A stretch of 64,000 bases of DNA from Myxococcota bacterium (GCA_036229005.1 JAZAMN010000030.1:16416-80415), one strand, 5' to 3'; positions 1 to 11,417 are shown, numbered from the stretch's first letter. Program-made: numbers and translations. The notes: generated from the letters alone by a model not told the origin.

Positions 1-1
1 C

Positions 2-400
2 ATCCTCACCAACGGGGTGGTGCACGCGGCCCGTCCGGATCGGCCCCTGCGCGTGTTGATCCGGGTGCTCGGGTCTCCCCAGGAGCTGGTGATCGAGGTG
101 AAGGATGATGGCAAGGGCATCGACCACCACCGCCTGGCTGCCAAGGCTGTCCAGAGCGGTCTCTGGACCCCTGGTGAAGCCGAGGTCGCCTCGGTGACGG
201 CCTGCCAGGACCTGGTGTTCGCCGCCGGGCTCTCCTCCCGCGACAAAGTCGATGAGGCCGCTGGGCGCGGCGTAGGTCTGGACGCTGTCCGCGCCGACCT
301 GGAGGCCCTGGGAGGCAGCGCCCAGGTGCGCTCCGTGCTGGGTGAGGGGACCCGCTTCCTGCTGTCCGTGCCGCGAGCCACCCTGCGCGAGGCCGCGTGA
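2..400 (+). CDS. Histidine kinase C-terminal ATPase domain (CheA-like); 5' end outside window
   Basis: The frame is open to the window edge. Motifs DDGKGID ... GRGVGLDAVRADLEALGG ... GEGTRF resemble a CheA-type HATPase core. No CheW-like tail follows before the stop at 398-400. Confidence 0.6.
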   Translation: MLTNGVVHAARPDRPLRVLIRVLGSPQELVIEVKDDGKGIDHHRLAAKAVQSGLWTPGEAEVASVTACQDLVFAAGLSSRDKVDEAAGRGVGLDAVRADLEALGGSAQVRSVLGEGTRFLLSVPRATLREAA

Positions 401-422
401 GCGCTCAGGGCCTGGGGCTCGC

Positions 423-1403
423 TCAGAACCCCACCTGCGTCTGCAGGTACAGCGTGTGGTGCATCGCCTGGTCGTGCTCGCCCTCGTAGGCCAGGGTCTG
501 CACCATGTGCCAGTTGTCCAGGTGCAGGTTCGCGCCGACGCCCACCCGGTGCAGCAGGGCGTCGTCCTGCTGGATGGTGTCCCAGGCCAGCACGGGCTCC
601 AGGTCGAAGTTCTCGTGGAAGCTGAAGCGGTGGGCCGCCATCGCGCCGACCGCCCCGTCCCAGCCGCTGTCGTCCAGGCGGTGGCTGCCGATGAGCTCGG
701 TGTGCAGCGTCCAGCCATGCGCGTGCCAGGTGGCCGCCACGTCGCCGGTGCGGTCGCCAACGGGGGCGTCCTCTCCGAGCACCTTGACGGAGACCTCGTC
801 GTGGATCCAGGTCCCTGCCGCAGCGTGGAAGGTCCAGCCCCCCGGGTGGTAGTCCACGGCCAGTATGGTGGTGGTCCCCACCCCTTGGATCGGCTTGCTC
901 CCGGAGGGGTTGTAGACGCCCCCGCGGATCAGCAGCTCGGGCCGGACGTGGTGGGAGAGCTGGACGCCCGTCGCGCGCCGGGTGGAGAGCCAGGAGGTGG
1001 CCGAGCGGGTGGGCAGCAGGAGCTGTCCGGCGGGCACCAGGAACTCGGAGCTCAGGGGGGTCTTGAAGCGGCCGACGATGAGCTGGGTGGACTCCTTGCG
1101 GCCGATCATCGCGGTGGCGTCCAGCAGGACCAGGGTGCCGCTCGCGGCCTCGATCTGCAGGACGGAGCCGAAGCCGTCGGGGTGGGTGTAGACCGTCTGC
1201 AGCCGGGCGAAGTGCAGGTAGGCGCCGGTCTCGTGCTCGTCGAAGTCGTCCTCGGGACCCAGGTAGGAGCGGAAGCCACCCTCGGCGAGCCCGTGGACCT
1301 TGAAGTCTCCGTCCGTGATGGGCTCGTGGGGCAGAGGGCCGGTCTGGATGGGGGGCGGCGACGCCAGGGCTGCGCTGAGCCCCAGCACCGCGAGCGCCGT
1401 CAC
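423..1403 (-). CDS. Secreted protein, possible outer-membrane beta-barrel
   Basis: N-terminal signal-like MTALAVLGLSAALASPPP and a C-terminal ...LYLQTQVGF with terminal Phe. The GTG start overlaps the sulP stop (GTGA at 1400-1403). Confidence 0.55.
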   Translation of the reverse strand: MTALAVLGLSAALASPPPIQTGPLPHEPITDGDFKVHGLAEGGFRSYLGPEDDFDEHETGAYLHFARLQTVYTHPDGFGSVLQIEAASGTLVLLDATAMIGRKESTQLIVGRFKTPLSSEFLVPAGQLLLPTRSATSWLSTRRATGVQLSHHVRPELLIRGGVYNPSGSKPIQGVGTTTILAVDYHPGGWTFHAAAGTWIHDEVSVKVLGEDAPVGDRTGDVAATWHAHGWTLHTELIGSHRLDDSGWDGAVGAMAAHRFSFHENFDLEPVLAWDTIQQDDALLHRVGVGANLHLDNWHMVQTLAYEGEHDQAMHHTLYLQTQVGF

Positions 1404-3106
1404 GCCTCACCTCCGACCACGGACAGCTTGGGGGGCTTTCCGGTGGCCCGGTCGACGGCCTCGTGGACGCGCTGGACCAGGTGCTGTTCGCCGACCTGTT
1501 CGATGATGTGGGCGGAGCGCAGGCGGTCCAACACGGGGCCGCGCACGCCAGCCAGCCACACCTGGATGTCGCGGCTCTTGAGGTCGGCGCAGATCTCCTC
1601 GAAGGCGCTCAGGCCGGAGGAGTCGATGCTGCCGATGACCTTGGCGTCCAGGACGATGTGGTGGATGGGCTCGGTCTGCTTCTCCAGCAGGTCGTTGACG
1701 GTCTGCTTGAGGAAGAGGCTGTTGGCGAAGTAGAGGGGCGCGTCCACGCGCACACACAGCACGCCGGGGGTGACGATGGCGTCGTCGTTGCGCTCCACGT
1801 TGCGGTAGACGTCCGAGTCGGGCAGGCGGCCGAGCACGGCCACGTGGGGGGAGGAGGTCAGCCACACAAATCGGATGAGGCTGGCGGCCACACCCACCAG
1901 GATGCCCTGCTCGATGCCCAAGCCCAGGGTGGCAACGAAGGTCAGGCCCATCAGGGCGAGGTCACCGCGGTCCACCTGCCAGAGGTGCTTGGCCTCCTTG
2001 ATGTCGACCAGGCCGAACACGGCGGTCATGATGATGGCGGCCAGCACAGCCTTGGGCAGGAAGTGGAACAGGGGGGTGAGGAAGAGCAGGGTGGCGATGA
2101 CGACCACGCCGGTGATGATGCCGGCCAGCCCGGTCTTGGCGCCGGCCTGGGCGTTGACCGCGGTGCGGGAGAAGCCGCCGGTGACCGCGTAGCCGCCAAA
2201 GAAGAAGGCGCCGATGTTGGCCAGGCCCAGCCCCTTGAGCTCTTGGTTGGCGTCGACCTCGTACCCGTTCTTGCGGGCGAAGGCCTTGGCCACGGAGATG
2301 GACTCCATGAAGCTCACCAGGGAGATGGTGATGGCGATGGGGAGCAGCTCGCTGAGCACGCCAGCGTCCAGGGAGGGGAGCCCCGGGGCGGGCAGGCCGG
2401 CGGGCACGTCACCGACGATGGCCACGTTCAGGCCCAGGCCCCAGACGGCCAGGGTGCCCCCGACCACGACCAGCAGGAAGCGCGGGAAGCGAGGGGCGAA
2501 CTTCTTGAGCACCATCAGGGTCACGATGCTGGCGGCGGCGATGCCCAGGGCGACCAGGTTGGTCTCGGGCGCCCGCTCGATGGCCTGCAGCAGGATCTCG
2601 TGCACGTGGTGGCTGCGCTTGATGTCCACGCCCAGCACGTGCTTGAGCTGGGAGAGCCCGATGATGATGGCGGCGGCGCTGGAGAAGCCGGCGATGACCG
2701 GGTGGGAGAGGAACTTGACCAGGAAGCCCAAGCGCACGACGCCCATGGCCAGCTGCATCACACCGACCATGCCGGCGAGGATGGTGGAGTAGAGGAGGTA
2801 GGAGGCGGCGTCGCCTTCGGCCACCAGCGGGGTCACGCCCGAGGCCACCAGCAGGGAGACCATGGCCACCGGGCCCACCGCGAGCTGCCGGCTGGTGCCG
2901 AACAGGCTGTAGAGGATGATGGGGATGGTCGAGGCGTAGAGGCCGACGATGGGGTCCAGCCCGGCGAGCATGGCGTAGGCCATCGCCTGCGGGATCAGCA
3001 TGATGGCCGTGGTCAGGCCAGCGATCAGGTCGCTCTTGAAGAGCTCGCCGTCGTAGGACTTGAGCTGTCCGAGCAGCGGCAGGTTCTTGGTCAGGAACTG
3101 GGGCAT
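1400..3106 (-). CDS. SulP-family anion transporter with C-terminal STAS domain
   Basis: The 594-aa ORF has SulP-like TM core motifs (GLTTAIMLIPQAMAYAMLAGL) and a STAS-like tail. I prefer the ATG at 3106 (MPQFLTK) because the sigma-54 promoter at 3145-3159 lies downstream of the ORF-track start at 3184. Confidence 0.88.
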   Translation of the reverse strand: MPQFLTKNLPLLGQLKSYDGELFKSDLIAGLTTAIMLIPQAMAYAMLAGLDPIVGLYASTIPIILYSLFGTSRQLAVGPVAMVSLLVASGVTPLVAEGDAASYLLYSTILAGMVGVMQLAMGVVRLGFLVKFLSHPVIAGFSSAAAIIIGLSQLKHVLGVDIKRSHHVHEILLQAIERAPETNLVALGIAAASIVTLMVLKKFAPRFPRFLLVVVGGTLAVWGLGLNVAIVGDVPAGLPAPGLPSLDAGVLSELLPIAITISLVSFMESISVAKAFARKNGYEVDANQELKGLGLANIGAFFFGGYAVTGGFSRTAVNAQAGAKTGLAGIITGVVVIATLLFLTPLFHFLPKAVLAAIIMTAVFGLVDIKEAKHLWQVDRGDLALMGLTFVATLGLGIEQGILVGVAASLIRFVWLTSSPHVAVLGRLPDSDVYRNVERNDDAIVTPGVLCVRVDAPLYFANSLFLKQTVNDLLEKQTEPIHHIVLDAKVIGSIDSSGLSAFEEICADLKSRDIQVWLAGVRGPVLDRLRSAHIIEQVGEQHLVQRVHEAVDRATGKPPKLSVVGGEA

Positions 3107-3144
3107 CGGGAGGGCTCCGGCTTGTGCGTTTGCCGGGGCATGGA

Positions 3145-3159
3145 GCAAGGTCTGTGCCA
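3145..3159 (-). promoter_or_regulatory. Sigma-54 (-24/-12) promoter for the sulP operon
   Basis: The minus strand reads TGGCAC-AGACC-TTGCT, which matches the consensus TGGCAC-N5-TTGCW. It sits about 39 nt upstream of the ATG at 3106. Confidence 0.65.
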
Positions 3160-3225
3160 CCGGAAATCGGCTCGACCGAGGCATGGTGTTCCATTATGGT
3201 TCAAGGCCTCGCCAGGAGCTGTGTC

Positions 3226-4242
3226 ATGTCGGGTCGTAGGCGTCGTCCAGAGCGGAGCCCCCGCATCTTCCACGGGATGGTCAGCGGGGACCCCCGCATG
3301 TTCGCCCTCTTCCAGAAGATCCAGAAGGCGGCCAACTCCGACGCGACCGTGCTGGTCCGCGGCGAGTCGGGCACCGGAAAGGAGCTGGTGGCGCACGCCA
3401 TCCACGCGGAGTCCCCCCGGCAGGCCAAGGCCTTTCGCGGCGTGAACTGCGCGACCTTCACCCCCGAGCTGCTGGCCTCCGAGCTCTTTGGCCACACCAA
3501 GGGCGCCTTCACGGGCGCGGTCCGGGACAAGGCGGGGCTGCTTGTGCAGGCGGACGGGGGCACCCTCTTCCTGGACGAGGTCGCGGAGATGCCCGTGGAC
3601 CTGCAGGCCCGGCTGCTCCGCGTGCTCCAGCTCCAGCGCTTCACCCCCGTGGGCGGCACCTCCCCGGTCGAGGTCGACGTGCGCTTCATCTCGGCGACCA
3701 ACGCGCCCCTGCGCCGCATGGTGGCCAAGGGCCGCTTCCGCGAGGACCTGATGTACCGGCTCCGCGTGGTGGTGCTCTACCTGCCGCGTCTGGCGGAGCG
3801 GGAAGGGGACCTGGAGCTCTTGACCTGGCACTTCATCGACCAGTTCTCCCAGCGCAGCGAGCGCCGCATCCACGCCATCGACGAGCGCGCCTGGCAGGCG
3901 ATGATGGCCTACCCCTGGCCCGGCAACATCCGGGAGCTGCGCAACAACCTGGAGTCCGCGTTCGTCCTGGGCGAAGGCCCGGTCCTCCACCTGGACGAGC
4001 TCGCCCCCGAGGTGCAGGGCCTGGGCGCGGTCCCCGGGGATGACCACTGGTCCTCCGCGAGCCAGCCGGTCCCCCTCGCCCCCATCGCGCCCGAGCCGAT
4101 CAACCTGGAGCAGCTCGAGCGGGAGCGGATCCTGGAGGCCTGGCACACCCACAGGGGCCGCCGCTCAAAGATGGCGGAGGCGCTGGGGATGAGCCGCTCC
4201 ACCCTCTACCGGAAGATGAAGAAGCTGGGCCTGGACCCCTGA
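3226..4242 (+). CDS. Sigma-54-dependent transcriptional activator (AAA+ plus Fis-type HTH) with no sensory or receiver domain, PspF-like
   Basis: Motifs GESGTGKELVAHAIH, ELFGHTKGAFTGA and a C-terminal HTH (MAEALGMSRSTLYRKMKKLGL). Only about 13 aa precede the AAA+ core. An AGGAG sits 7 nt before the ATG at 3226. Confidence 0.9.
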   Translation: MSGRRRRPERSPRIFHGMVSGDPRMFALFQKIQKAANSDATVLVRGESGTGKELVAHAIHAESPRQAKAFRGVNCATFTPELLASELFGHTKGAFTGAVRDKAGLLVQADGGTLFLDEVAEMPVDLQARLLRVLQLQRFTPVGGTSPVEVDVRFISATNAPLRRMVAKGRFREDLMYRLRVVVLYLPRLAEREGDLELLTWHFIDQFSQRSERRIHAIDERAWQAMMAYPWPGNIRELRNNLESAFVLGEGPVLHLDELAPEVQGLGAVPGDDHWSSASQPVPLAPIAPEPINLEQLERERILEAWHTHRGRRSKMAEALGMSRSTLYRKMKKLGLDP

Positions 4243-4253
4243 AGGGACCACCG

Positions 4254-4730
4254 CTACCAGTCCTGCTGTCCGGTCCCCGGGCTGCACTCCAGGCCAAAGC
4301 GAGGTGCGTCTGAGCCCGCGCGCATCAGGCCCCTCCCGTACCAGGCCTCGACCTCGGGGCTGGGGGAGGTGGCGTGGGGCGTCAGGCTCAGGCGCAGCCA
4401 GTCGCCGCCGTCCACCAGGCAGGTGAACGCCCCCACCAGCCCCTCGTCGTGGACCACGATGGTGTAGGTCCCTCGGCGGGCATCGCGGTCGTAGGCCACC
4501 GAGCAGTGGGCCTTCCGCCGGGGGACGGCCTCGCTGGTGACCGCGTCGAAGAGCCGCCCCTGGGCCTGGCATTCGCCGCCGACGCCGCAGCTTGACACGC
4601 CACGGACGGGCACTTTGGCCACCAGCGCGCAGCCACGCGGGGGGCCGGGGATCTCAGGCACCCTGGCCTGGGACAGCTCCGAGGGGGGAGCCCCGTGCAG
4701 GCAGGCGAGCAAGGTCAGCAGAGGGGTCAT
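4254..4730 (-). CDS. Cys-rich lipoprotein, unknown function
   Basis: Lipobox in MTPLLTLLAC and several Cys residues. No recognisable domain. Confidence 0.55.
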   Translation of the reverse strand: MTPLLTLLACLHGAPPSELSQARVPEIPGPPRGCALVAKVPVRGVSSCGVGGECQAQGRLFDAVTSEAVPRRKAHCSVAYDRDARRGTYTIVVHDEGLVGAFTCLVDGGDWLRLSLTPHATSPSPEVEAWYGRGLMRAGSDAPRFGLECSPGTGQQDW

Positions 4731-4813
4731 GGTCCTTCCATCGACACCATGCTCCCACGACTTGATGCTCTCGGGGCTGGTGTAGACTGCGCGTCGGCAA
4801 AAGAGGTGACTCC

Positions 4814-6538
<1,725 letters not shown>

Positions 6539-6599
6539 TTCTACCGGCCCGGGTTTCGGAACTTGTGATTCGGAGAACGGGTCGCGTTAGCTGGCGCGG

Positions 6600-7850
6600 G
6601 TGAACCGCAAGCTCCTACAACTCCTGCTCGGCGCGCTCCTGATGGGGGGCGTGCTGGGCGGAATCGCGTGGTACCGCCACCCCGACCGCGTCGCCCTCCA
6701 GCCTCACCTGGTCGACGAAGAGGTGCGCGCGGACGACCTCGCGCAGCTCCAGCAGGCCCTCGCTGGCGCCCAGAGCTCCGAGGTTGAGGGGCCGGACCTG
6801 TTGGTCGTGGTTGTGGACGGCCTGGGCGCGCAGGACCCCAGCCTCTCCTCCCTGGAGGGCTTCCAGCGCAGCGATCTGCTTGCCTGCAGCGAACACCCCG
6901 TCTCCGCCCAGGCCTGCCTGCTGACCGGGCTGCCCCCCAGCGGCCACGGCGCGTATATGAATCAAGGCCTCAACGGGCTCCGGCGGCAGGTGCCCACGCT
7001 GGTCACGCGGGCGCACGATGCGGGCTGGACCACCCTGGGGTTCACCGGAGAGCGCAAGCTGCGCAGCGCCCGGACCGGCTTGGGGCGCGGCTTTGACGTC
7101 TACCTGGGCGAGGACCTGGCCCGCGGCTCCGAGAAGTTCCCCTATGCCCAGGCCGACCGGGTGGTGGACCTGGCGCTGGAGGGCCTGCATCGAAGCTCGG
7201 GCCGGCGCCTGATCTGGGTGCAGCTCGCCGATGGGCGCCCCCCCTGGATCCCGCGGCGTGGCTACGTCGATCCCCAGGGGAGCTTGGATGCCTACTACCT
7301 GCCAGAGGGGGGTACACGGCCTCGGGATCTGGGCTTCCGGGAGGCCCACAGAGCGCTGATGGATGACGGCGAGGTCCCCCCGGCGGCGATCCAGACCTGG
7401 GAGACCTCCCGGGCCGCGGAGTTCGCGTTCATCGATGCGGAGCTGAGTCGGCTGCTCGCGGGCCTGGAGCCGGACACGCAGGTGGTGGTCGTGGGCTCCG
7501 TGGGGACCGAGTTCCCCGGGCACCTGGAGCTGGGTGGCGTGCTCTCGGACTCCGTTTTGCGCGTCCCCCTCTACACCCGCAACCTGAGCCTGGACGCCCA
7601 CACCCAGATCGAGCTGGCCCAGGCCCTGTCGGCGGAGCTGGCCCTGGTCCCGCTGTGGCGCTGGTCGGTGGACGACCCGGGCATCGCCGAAGAGCACCGC
7701 GGCGGCAAGCTGCGCCTGTGGATCGACGGGCAGATCGATGACCCCCACGCGCCCCTGACCGACCCCGAGCTGGCGGCGCGGGCTGCGGCCTGGCGCGCCG
7801 GTGTGTCCTCGCAGGCGGACGCGCGCGCTGAGATGGAGGAGAGCCCGTGA
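6600..7850 (+). CDS. Membrane-anchored sulfatase-fold paralog, probably catalytically degenerate
   Basis: GTG start and an N-terminal TM helix. It aligns by eye to the next gene (LLVVVVDGLGAQ vs VVIIVLDTLRADH; HPVSAQACLLTGLPPSGHG vs APWTLPSHASLFTGVWPIHHG) but lacks the metal and nucleophile residues. Confidence 0.6.
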   Translation: MNRKLLQLLLGALLMGGVLGGIAWYRHPDRVALQPHLVDEEVRADDLAQLQQALAGAQSSEVEGPDLLVVVVDGLGAQDPSLSSLEGFQRSDLLACSEHPVSAQACLLTGLPPSGHGAYMNQGLNGLRRQVPTLVTRAHDAGWTTLGFTGERKLRSARTGLGRGFDVYLGEDLARGSEKFPYAQADRVVDLALEGLHRSSGRRLIWVQLADGRPPWIPRRGYVDPQGSLDAYYLPEGGTRPRDLGFREAHRALMDDGEVPPAAIQTWETSRAAEFAFIDAELSRLLAGLEPDTQVVVVGSVGTEFPGHLELGGVLSDSVLRVPLYTRNLSLDAHTQIELAQALSAELALVPLWRWSVDDPGIAEEHRGGKLRLWIDGQIDDPHAPLTDPELAARAAAWRAGVSSQADARAEMEESP

Positions 7851-9292
7851 GTGTGCTTTGGTGGGCCCTGCTGGCTTGCGGCCCCGTTCAGCCTGTTGAC
7901 CCGGTGACCGAGGCTGTCGCGGCGGATCGCGCCCTGCTGGACGCCGCGCTGGAGGAGCTGCCGCCCACCCAGGACGGCGGGCCCAGCGTGGTGATCATCG
8001 TCCTGGACACCCTGCGCGCGGACCACCTGGGTGCCTACGGCGATGACCGGGGGCTGATGCCCACCCTGGACGCCTTCGCGTCGGAGGGGCGGGTCTACAG
8101 CGAGATGCAGTCGGTCGCGCCCTGGACGCTGCCCAGCCACGCCAGCCTCTTCACGGGCGTGTGGCCCATCCACCACGGCGCGCACGGCGCTCCGCCTGAC
8201 TCCAAGGCCAAGGCGCTGGGCCTGGGCAAGCAGCTCCCCACCCTGGCCGAGCGGATGCAGGAGGCCGGCTACACCACGGTCGGCGTCGCCGCGAACAAGG
8301 CCTTCCTGGACAAGCGCTGGGGCCTCTCGCGGGGCTTCCAGCTCTGGCTCTGCACCGAGCTGACCTCGGCGGGGAACATCAGCTACACCCAGGGGAACCG
8401 CATCTCGGCGTTGGGCGGTGCGGTCGCGCAGGCGCGGGGGCAGGGCAAGCTGCTCCTCTTCCTCAACTACATGGAGGCGCACTCCCCCTGGGTGGCGCGC
8501 GAAGGCTACGTGCAGGACCCCTCCCGGCTGCACCGGGAGTACATGTCCAAGGCCGGCTCTCTGCGGGGGCGGCGCTACGAGTTCGGCGACTACAGCCACG
8601 GGGTGAACGCGGGGCGGTACCCGGCCAGCCCCGAGGCGCTCGAGACCTGGGAGGAGGTCTACGCGGCCGAGCTCCGCTACCTGGACGACCAGCTCGCGGC
8701 GCTGTTCACGGAGCTGGAGGCGGGCGGCCACGACTTCGAGCAGGACTACACCATCATCCTGAGCGATCACGGCGAGTTCCTGGGGGAGATGGATCGGGTC
8801 GAGCACTCCAAGGGGCTCTACGAGATCGGCGTCCGCGTGCCGCTGATCGTGCGCGGGCCGGGCATCCAGGCCGGGGTGGACCCCACGCCCATCCAGACCG
8901 CCCAGGTGCCCGACCTGCTGCTGGGGTTGCTGGGCCTGCCGCTGCTCAACCCGGACAGCCAGGCCGATGCCCTGTTGGTCAGCGAGCAGTACTGGGCGCG
9001 CAGCAAGGCCCGCAAGCGCAAGGGCCAGCGCAAGCGCTTCGACCACCTCTTCCGCAGCTACACCCTGGATGGGCACAAGCTGCTGCTGCGCGACGATGGC
9101 CCCCCCGAGGCCTATGACCTGCGCGCAGACCCCGCTGAGGAGCAGAACCTGTACCCGAGCGCCCCCTGGATCCCGGAGCTGCAGAGTCAGGCCGACGCCT
9201 GGCTGAGCGCCCAGACCGTGGGGGAGGGAACAGAGACCGCTCTGGACGCCGAGGCCGAGGAGGCGCTGCGCGCGCTCGGCTACATCGAGTGA
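7847..9292 (+). CDS. Sulfatase-fold (alkaline-phosphatase superfamily) lipoprotein with a Thr-type nucleophile motif
   Basis: Lipobox LLAC; DTLRADHLGAYG; WTLPSHASLFTG in place of the C/SxPxR motif; DHGEFLGE. It overlaps the upstream gene by 4 nt. Confidence 0.8.
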   Translation: MSVLWWALLACGPVQPVDPVTEAVAADRALLDAALEELPPTQDGGPSVVIIVLDTLRADHLGAYGDDRGLMPTLDAFASEGRVYSEMQSVAPWTLPSHASLFTGVWPIHHGAHGAPPDSKAKALGLGKQLPTLAERMQEAGYTTVGVAANKAFLDKRWGLSRGFQLWLCTELTSAGNISYTQGNRISALGGAVAQARGQGKLLLFLNYMEAHSPWVAREGYVQDPSRLHREYMSKAGSLRGRRYEFGDYSHGVNAGRYPASPEALETWEEVYAAELRYLDDQLAALFTELEAGGHDFEQDYTIILSDHGEFLGEMDRVEHSKGLYEIGVRVPLIVRGPGIQAGVDPTPIQTAQVPDLLLGLLGLPLLNPDSQADALLVSEQYWARSKARKRKGQRKRFDHLFRSYTLDGHKLLLRDDGPPEAYDLRADPAEEQNLYPSAPWIPELQSQADAWLSAQTVGEGTETALDAEAEEALRALGYIE

Positions 9293-9957
9293 GCCGGGTC
9301 AGCCTGCATGTGCACCACTTTCGGGGTCAGCGGATGTGGTCGCTGCTGCAGATGCAGACCGCCCACCGCGGGCTGGCGGCCACCCCCGGGCTCTCCTTCT
9401 ACAAGCTGCTGGGGACCGGCCAGGGCGCCTTCTCCGTCTGGCCCGATTTGGACACCTACGCGCTGCTCACCGTCTGGGACAGCGACGCCGATCGCCAGCG
9501 CTTCGAGGCCCAGAGCCCCCTGCTCGCCGAGCGCCGCGAGCGGGCTGAGCATGAAGACCGCTTTTTGCTGGAGCCCCTGCACTGCCACGGCGCCTGGGAC
9601 GGCCAGCAGCCCTTCCCGGAGCCCTCCCGCAAGCAGAGCCCGCACCCCGTCGGCGTGATCACCCGGGCCACCATCCGCGCCCGGCGCCTGCGGGAGTTCT
9701 GGGAGCACGTGCCCCAGGCCGCCGCCGCCATCCAGTCCGCCCAGGGCGTGCGCTGGTTCAAGGGCATCGGCGAGCTCCCCTGGATCCAGCAGGCCACCTT
9801 CTCGGTCTGGGAGGACATGGAGGCCGTGCGCACCTTCGCCTACAAGCACCGCGTGCACGCGGAGATCGTCAAGAAGACGCGCCAGCGCCAGTGGTACAGC
9901 GAGGACCTCTTCGCCCGCTTCGCCGTGCTGGAGCACGCCCAGGAGACTCTGCGATGA
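9289..9957 (+). CDS. CrtA (spheroidene monooxygenase)-like protein
   Basis: WIQQATFSVWEDMEAVRTFAY and QWYSEDLFARFAVLE parallel the remembered CrtA blocks FVQQVTFSIW... and NWFKEELYARFQILG. GTGA overlap with the upstream stop. Confidence 0.6.
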   Translation: MSRVSLHVHHFRGQRMWSLLQMQTAHRGLAATPGLSFYKLLGTGQGAFSVWPDLDTYALLTVWDSDADRQRFEAQSPLLAERRERAEHEDRFLLEPLHCHGAWDGQQPFPEPSRKQSPHPVGVITRATIRARRLREFWEHVPQAAAAIQSAQGVRWFKGIGELPWIQQATFSVWEDMEAVRTFAYKHRVHAEIVKKTRQRQWYSEDLFARFAVLEHAQETLR

Positions 9958-11417
9958 ACTGCATCGTCGTCGGCGGGGGAGTGGGTGGCCTGGCCTCTGC
10001 GATCCGCCTGGCAGCCGCCGGCCACCAGGTCCAGCTCTTCGAGGCCAACGCCTATCTGGGCGGCAAGCTCTCCACCTTCGAGTTGGGCCCCTACCGCTTC
10101 GACGCCGGCCCCAGCCTCTTCACCATGCCCCAGCTCGTCACCGAGCTCTACGCCCTCTGCGGCCAGGACCCCGCGGAGTTCCCCTACAGCCGCAAGGACA
10201 TCGGCTGCCACTACTTCTGGGAGGACGGCACCCGCCTGCAGGCCCACGCCGACCGCCAGCAGTACCTCGACCATGTGCAGCAGGTGCTGGGGGTGGAGCC
10301 GCGAGTCCTGGGCGCGTACCTGGACCAGGCCGCCCAGAAATACCAGCTCACCGCCTCCCTCTTCCTGGAGCAGAGCCTCCACCGCCTGGACACCTGGCTC
10401 TCCGGCGACACCCTGCGCGCCATGGCCCGCCTGGGCAGCCTGGAGCTCTTCTCCAGCCTCCACCAGGTCAACGAGCGCCACCTGCGCGAGCCCCACCTGG
10501 TCCAGCTCTACGACCGCTTCGCCACCTACAACGGCTCGGACCCCTACCGCACGCCGGGCATCATGAGCCTCATCCAGCACCTGGAGAGCCACTACGGCAC
10601 CTTCATCCCGCGACACGGAATGGGACAGATCCGGGACGCTCTGGAACAGCTCGCCCGCCAGCAGGGCGTCCAGATCCACCTCAGCGCCCCCGTCGAGCGC
10701 ATCGTCATCGAGTCCGGCCGCGCCGTCGGGGTCCAGGTCGGAGGGGAGCGCGTGGCGGCCGAAGCCGTCGTCTCCAACATGGACATCGTGCCCACCTACC
10801 GACGCCTGTTGCCGGATCAGCCCGCCCCCGAGGCCACCCTGAGCCAGGAGCGCAGCAGCTCCGCGCTGATCTTCTACTGGGGGATGGACCGCAGCTACCC
10901 CCAGCTCGGCCTGCACAACATCCTGTTCTCCGACGACTACCGCGGCGAGTTCGAGGCCCTGTTCTCCGGCCGCATGCACCCCGATCCCACCGTCTACGTC
11001 AACATCACCAGCAAGGACGTCCCCCAGGACGCGCCCCCCGGGCACGAGAACTGGTTCGTGATGGTGAACGCCCCCCACGACAAGGGGCAGGACTGGGAGG
11101 GGATGCGTGAGCAGACGCGCGAGCGGACCCTCACCAAGCTGGAGCGGGTGTTGGACGCACCCATCAGGGATCACATCGCCGTCGAGGACACGCTGGACCC
11201 GCCCACCATCCAGAGCCGCACCGGCAGCCACCTGGGCGCGCTCTATGGCGCCGCCAGCAACGACCAGAGCGCCGCCTTCCTGCGGCACCCCAACTTCTCC
11301 CGCCGGCTGGATGGCCTCTACTTTGTCGGGGGCAGCGTCCACCCCGGCGGGGGGCTGCCCCTGTGTCTGCTCAGTGCGCGGATCGTCGCGGAGCTGGTGG
11401 GCCCCGCGCGGCCCTGA
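9954..11417 (+). CDS. Phytoene-desaturase-family carotenoid desaturase (CrtI/CrtD-like)
   Basis: FAD-binding N-terminus MNCIVVGGGVGGLASAIRLAAAGHQVQLFEANAYLGGK and a C-terminal FVGGSVHPGGGLP. The start forms an ATGA overlap at 9954-9957. Confidence 0.85.
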   Translation: MNCIVVGGGVGGLASAIRLAAAGHQVQLFEANAYLGGKLSTFELGPYRFDAGPSLFTMPQLVTELYALCGQDPAEFPYSRKDIGCHYFWEDGTRLQAHADRQQYLDHVQQVLGVEPRVLGAYLDQAAQKYQLTASLFLEQSLHRLDTWLSGDTLRAMARLGSLELFSSLHQVNERHLREPHLVQLYDRFATYNGSDPYRTPGIMSLIQHLESHYGTFIPRHGMGQIRDALEQLARQQGVQIHLSAPVERIVIESGRAVGVQVGGERVAAEAVVSNMDIVPTYRRLLPDQPAPEATLSQERSSSALIFYWGMDRSYPQLGLHNILFSDDYRGEFEALFSGRMHPDPTVYVNITSKDVPQDAPPGHENWFVMVNAPHDKGQDWEGMREQTRERTLTKLERVLDAPIRDHIAVEDTLDPPTIQSRTGSHLGALYGAASNDQSAAFLRHPNFSRRLDGLYFVGGSVHPGGGLPLCLLSARIVAELVGPARP

